The notes beneath the pieces are model-generated. The model had not been told where the DNA came from and made no database searches. It saw only the letters and a list, made by a program, of their open reading frames with translations. Both the position numbers and the translations under genes were made by a program. A stretch of 64,000 nucleotides of DNA from a virus (taxonomy: Duplodnaviria; Caudoviricetes): the IMG/VR virus record IMGVR_UViG_3300011152_000015, positions 27,189 to 91,188 of that record. One strand, written 5' to 3'. Positions 59,625-64,000 of this stretch are shown here, piece by piece; positions within the stretch are counted from its first letter, which is position 1; every line of letters begins with the position of its first letter.

Positions 59625-60905
59625 ATGAGTATTAAATTCGCAGTACAACAAACAGCCGAAACCAGATTCGTCAGGAATCGCGAGGCACCATCGTTCCGCG
59701 ACTTCTACACCACCGTCTTGGAGCCACAGCGCATCAGCGAACTAAAAGACGGCCCGACATTCACTCCATCATTCTTCCGCGCACCAGAAAGAAACATGGA
59801 AAACGTCATCGCGACCAGCCTTATCATTTTTGATGTTGACCAAAAGCCCGGCGATGACCAGGTTAGCTTGGAAGAGGTTGAGGACGCGCTAATCGACCTG
59901 AATCTGGAGCACGCGGTTTACACGTCCTACAGCAACTCAGCGGACTGCCCCAGATTCCGCATAGTCATGCCGCTCGACCGCCCAGCTCACCCTAATGAGT
60001 TCCTTGCAGTCTCAGCAGCCGCGCTGGAGCAGCTGGACGACTTCCTCGACGGCAGGCTCCTAAAAGTAATAGACGGCTGCTGGAGAGAGACTGCACGGTG
60101 CTACTACACATTCACGACGCATCCCAATCGCCGCAACGGGGCCATTTCTTTTTACAACCCCGGCAACCCCCTAAACGTCCTGGAGCTCAAGCTCGCACAG
60201 TCGAACTACGGAATCGACGCTGAGTACACAAAAACCGGAAAACCCCGCGCCCCAGGCACAGCAGTGGGAGCACAAGGCAGATCGATGGAGCTCAACCGCA
60301 TCCTCGGTGGCCTATTCGGCTCAGCCACAGAGGCTCAGATCGTCCAGAAAATCTTTGAGGTCGACCAGGAGCAGAATCCCGGCAAGGAGTATTTCCACGA
60401 TCAGTCCTATGCCCGTCACCGCCCACGCCCAGGCGAAAGCAACGACGCTGCCGCATACCGTGCCTGCAGATCCTGGGTCAAATCCCACCTTAATTGGCTT
60501 CGCCGCAAGGCGCGTGGAATCGACACAACCATCATCAAAAGAGCCGCACAAAGCAAAGAGCCAATGCCTACGCACGAAGCCCTAATCAAACTCAAAAACA
60601 TCAAACTAGGAAAAACAAAGAGCGGTGGCGAAACAGCACTCGCAGAATTCGAAATTGTCTCCGGAGAGCACGCAGGCCGTCACGTCTGGCACCGTTTTTA
60701 CGGAAATGGCAACCACCCAACAGCTATCAAAATCAGTGGGGAAATGCTCGAAAAACTCAAGACCGCCACCAAGCTACCAAGCACCAAGTTCGCAGACGTT
60801 TTGAAAGCAAAAGACTTAGTCGTCCACGCTCGCATAAAACTAAAGCCTGGTGTCAATGGTTACCCAGCGCAAAATGAGATCGGCACCTTTTTTACTCAAC
60901 CATAA
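59625..60905 (+). CDS. AEP-like primase domain fused to a DUF669-like C-terminal domain
   Basis: IIFDVD, YTSYS, RFRIVMPL.RP; C-terminal EFEIVSGEHAGRHVW..F...NEI. Confidence 0.65.
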   Translation: MSIKFAVQQTAETRFVRNREAPSFRDFYTTVLEPQRISELKDGPTFTPSFFRAPERNMENVIATSLIIFDVDQKPGDDQVSLEEVEDALIDLNLEHAVYTSYSNSADCPRFRIVMPLDRPAHPNEFLAVSAAALEQLDDFLDGRLLKVIDGCWRETARCYYTFTTHPNRRNGAISFYNPGNPLNVLELKLAQSNYGIDAEYTKTGKPRAPGTAVGAQGRSMELNRILGGLFGSATEAQIVQKIFEVDQEQNPGKEYFHDQSYARHRPRPGESNDAAAYRACRSWVKSHLNWLRRKARGIDTTIIKRAAQSKEPMPTHEALIKLKNIKLGKTKSGGETALAEFEIVSGEHAGRHVWHRFYGNGNHPTAIKISGEMLEKLKTATKLPSTKFADVLKAKDLVVHARIKLKPGVNGYPAQNEIGTFFTQP

Positions 60906-61052
60906 CAACCAAACAAGCCCCGACTAGGGGCTTTTCCCCGCCAGCACTATTTGACATCAAATTACTTTAAGTTATACAGCCTCTAGCTCTATTGTGTGCA
61001 AAATAGATAATTGAGACAATGATCCTACAACAACAAGAGAGGACAATTAATC

Positions 61053-61688
61053 ATGAGCACTCAAACCTCCAATGGAACCAATCTTGGACGCGACGAGAAA
61101 ATCCAGCTAATCAAAAATTACCTGAGCTTCCTTGAGAACAGTGGATCACAATACGACTGTTTCCTTGATCTACTGATGCAAGTACGAGGATTGAACCAGG
61201 CAATTTGTGACATTTACAAATCATCGGAAGCATTAGGGCTGGTTGCCAAATTCAGCGCCGACCTTTTTAAAGTGCTCAATACAGAAATTGGCGAGTTCGA
61301 AAGAGAACAGGATTTTATGGCCGGGGCGTATTCCTATTTGAACGAACAAGAGCCCGCACATAGGACATCTCCAGACTACTATGACAAACTTCAGTCGTTA
61401 CCTGAGATCAGTGTGTCCGATTTGTTAAGATCTGTTCGGGCTGATAAGCACAGCTTGCAGCAGGAAAACTTCCGACGTCTCTTATTGGGCAAGGACGGCG
61501 ACCGGGAAGGTAATCTAGGAACTCTACAAACCTTAAAAGTCGAGAGGGTTGGCTCATGGGGATGGGGGTCTAATTTGTTTTACCTAGATCTTATAACAAA
61601 AGATACCACTGTACATTGGCAAGTCATATTTAGCCCACATACGCTGATGAGCTACCCTCAAATCGAAGAACTCTTGCCTGTAGACTAA
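61053..61688 (+). CDS. Hypothetical protein
   Basis: AACAACAAGAGAGG leader; terminator downstream. Confidence 0.65.
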   Translation: MSTQTSNGTNLGRDEKIQLIKNYLSFLENSGSQYDCFLDLLMQVRGLNQAICDIYKSSEALGLVAKFSADLFKVLNTEIGEFEREQDFMAGAYSYLNEQEPAHRTSPDYYDKLQSLPEISVSDLLRSVRADKHSLQQENFRRLLLGKDGDREGNLGTLQTLKVERVGSWGWGSNLFYLDLITKDTTVHWQVIFSPHTLMSYPQIEELLPVD

Positions 61689-61839
61689 ACCCCCACAAAG
61701 CCCTTGCCACCCAGCAGGGGCTTTTATTTGCGCACAAGGTTTGACACCCAACTACTTTAAGATATACCCCAAAAAGATATTGCACCCAAAACTCCTCGTT
61801 GAGATAATTATAAAACAATAATAAGAACGGAGCTTTATC

Positions 61840-62172
61840 ATGTTTGACACCCCTCAGGTCACTAGCACAGAGATTGATCAACTGCGGATCGCCAAGCTAC
61901 CAGTAACAACAGCAAATCTCATATATAAAGCTTTTTGCATGCAGGAGGAGTGTGAAGCCAGATCCTTGCTTGAGCATGCGTTTTCACACTTATTTACTAC
62001 CGACATTAAGTATAACCCGTGCCCTGGAATAGTTTACCGCTTTGAAGTCGAAACTCGAAACTTGGAAGATCCAAGAATTTTCTCGGTTTCAATTTACAAC
62101 GAAGCCAAGAAGGCCTGTCTATATCACGCACATTTAAACAAGCAAGGTCTTGATATTTTGTCTGGTACCTAA
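61840..62172 (+). CDS. Hypothetical protein
   Basis: AACAATAATAAG..GGAG leader. Confidence 0.6.
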   Translation: MFDTPQVTSTEIDQLRIAKLPVTTANLIYKAFCMQEECEARSLLEHAFSHLFTTDIKYNPCPGIVYRFEVETRNLEDPRIFSVSIYNEAKKACLYHAHLNKQGLDILSGT

Positions 62173-62658
62173 CTGGTTGTTGGCTTTGCGCGCAAACACC
62201 CAATCTTTGCACTCAAACCCCGCCCGCTCGCATACATATTTCCTTGGTATTATGTTTTGCGAGTTAACAGGGTTAGATAAAAATAACTTTAAAAATCCCA
62301 CACATTCGTTCAGCTCATTGTTATTATAAATGTGTGGTGAGTTCCCTCTCTGCTTGCCACAATCCTTGTTGTTGTGTCTCCAAGCCCTGGCCAGGTTCTC
62401 TCTCTTCCTGGCCGGGGCTTTCTTATTTCTCCTCTGAATTGACAAATTGGCAATGTATTGACCGTTCGTCAGCTTTAGTCTGTTAGATAGTTCGGGTAGT
62501 GTCAGACAACATGCGGGATTACTGGGGTTGCAGGGGGATGTTGTCTGAGGCGTGGTATTAGTACACTAAGTAGACTATTTGATTTCGATTTACATGCATA
62601 TTGATTGCTCTTAGCCTTGGTCTGTCGGTGGACGACACAATGAAATGAGAGTGCAGAG

Positions 62659-62880
62659 ATGGGTATTTATCATGAGATTCCGGACGACTTGATCGATCCT
62701 TTTGAGGCAGCAGAAATTATAGGTGTATCTGTCAGCACTTTAAAAACCTGGCGATCAAGGAATCCAGATCTCGGGTATTACCAGGGCTGCGCTCGTGAGA
62801 TTCGCTACTCGCGAGCAGAGTGCAGGCAATACCGGCAAAATCGCTTCCGCCGAATCGTGCCTAAGCCCTCAGGGCGGTGA
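62659..62880 (+). CDS. Small HTH protein (excisionase/MerR-like)
   Basis: EAAEIIGVSVSTLKTWRSR..IRY. Confidence 0.75.
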   Translation: MGIYHEIPDDLIDPFEAAEIIGVSVSTLKTWRSRNPDLGYYQGCAREIRYSRAECRQYRQNRFRRIVPKPSGR

Positions 62881-63001
62881 GCTTGTCTGCAACGATATTC
62901 CGGTTTCGCTTAACCAATCTTATCCAGGCCTCGCTGAGGCCATTCCTCGCATTTCATAGCCCTTTGCAATATTATCGCGGTTATTTGCGAGGGCCCCACG
63001 C

Positions 63002-64000
63002 ATGCCGCGACCATCCGCGCTCGAACTCAGGCGCAATCGATTAGCCAGGCTCAAAGCCAGCTTAGACGAGTGCGGCTACCGGCTTGTCGATGGTCTGGAT
63101 GTCGAAGATCCACACACCAAAATTTTGCGCGCAAACGCGTTAGCGCACCGCCTTGCGCTCGGGCAGCTCATTGCTCGCGGTGGTGAAGAAAAAGCAAGAT
63201 TGACCAAAGAGCTTGCTCAGCTACCAGAACTAAGTGCTGTCTACGCTTTTCAAGAGCCTGATGAGGTGCCATTGAGGGTAGGCAAGATTGCAAAAACGGA
63301 CGAGCAGCTTTACTCAGAGTTGGTGACAGAATTTAGTCAGGCCCTGGCTGAATTAAATGGAATTGAGGCCGAGCAGGATGAGGAATTATCCACGCCAGAC
63401 AGCATTTCTGCTCTCGCCGACACAGCTCCAAAAGTAGGCAGGCCTGCTAAAACACCCTTAGAAAATTTGGATAGAGGTCTCTCTGAAAACTGGGGTACAG
63501 CTCGCTTAGCCCTTGCGAAGGCAATGATTAACGCCGATTCCCCTCGCACCATGGGCCGCCCAGCCCGGACGGTAGAAGCCGTAAAGGCTGATTACGACGC
63601 GCGAAAAGAAAAAATTGATCGCACCATTTTAGAACACGAGTCAATGCTGCGAGGTGTCGAAATACACGATCGAGCAGTAAAGGTATACAGAGACGTCTTG
63701 GTGCAATTCAAAAGGCTCGCTAAAGAGGTAGGTGGCCCGGATCAAATTTCAGCTAAATCAGAAGTGGCGCGTCTGGAGGCCCATCTGAAGTTTCTCAAGG
63801 CTGATCGTAAGCGCTATGTGGAAGCCGGTGAGCCAGATCTGATGTGGTCACATCACAACTCTCCAAGATTCCACTTACTCAACGCAAAGACAGACTTGGC
63901 GGCGGTTCGAGATTTGTATGATGAACTAATGCTGCCCCGAGACATTAAGCGCCTGAAAGACACTGAAGAGGCCCAGCGCAAGGCCAAACCCAAGAAATGA
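63002..64000 (+). CDS. Hypothetical helical protein
   Basis: 332 aa ORF with two GRPA motifs. Confidence 0.6.
   Translation: MPRPSALELRRNRLARLKASLDECGYRLVDGLDVEDPHTKILRANALAHRLALGQLIARGGEEKARLTKELAQLPELSAVYAFQEPDEVPLRVGKIAKTDEQLYSELVTEFSQALAELNGIEAEQDEELSTPDSISALADTAPKVGRPAKTPLENLDRGLSENWGTARLALAKAMINADSPRTMGRPARTVEAVKADYDARKEKIDRTILEHESMLRGVEIHDRAVKVYRDVLVQFKRLAKEVGGPDQISAKSEVARLEAHLKFLKADRKRYVEAGEPDLMWSHHNSPRFHLLNAKTDLAAVRDLYDELMLPRDIKRLKDTEEAQRKAKPKK

Larger units (their letters stand above)
16810..64000. mobile_element. Element 2: lower-GC siphovirus-type prophage carrying a MOBP mobilisation module; continues right of the window
   Basis: Terminase, portal, capsid, tail and lysis genes plus mobC/relaxase; shared leader motifs throughout; left edge at dusA. 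Confidence 0.85.

Overview
The window holds two tandem integrated elements of Pseudomonas-type character that meet at a dusA attachment site near 16.8 kb. Element 1 (1 to ~16.84 kb, GC-rich) is the early half of a temperate prophage: candidate origin repeats, primase, cII/cro/cI switch with six 16-bp operators, a nucleotide-metabolism and DNA-methylase operon, and a tyrosine integrase next to a dusA 5' fragment. It also carries a predicted C4-like antisense RNA whose two loops match sites at five translation starts and in the cro-cII leader. Element 2 (~16.85 kb to beyond 64 kb, visibly lower GC) interrupts that dusA 5' end. It encodes a full siphovirus-type virion set (terminase, portal, capsid, tail, lysis) together with MobC, a MOBP relaxase, umuDC, an MvaT homologue and an unusual replication pair. 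Between its scaffold and portal genes lies a cluster of six mostly unrelated small proteins, one split by IS66, that all end in (F/L)(A/S)(G/M)DLGL-stop. The motif is encoded by different synonymous codons, so it is a candidate C-terminal sorting tag for capsid loading or conjugative export. Product calls rest on motif recognition and synteny only; no searches were run.
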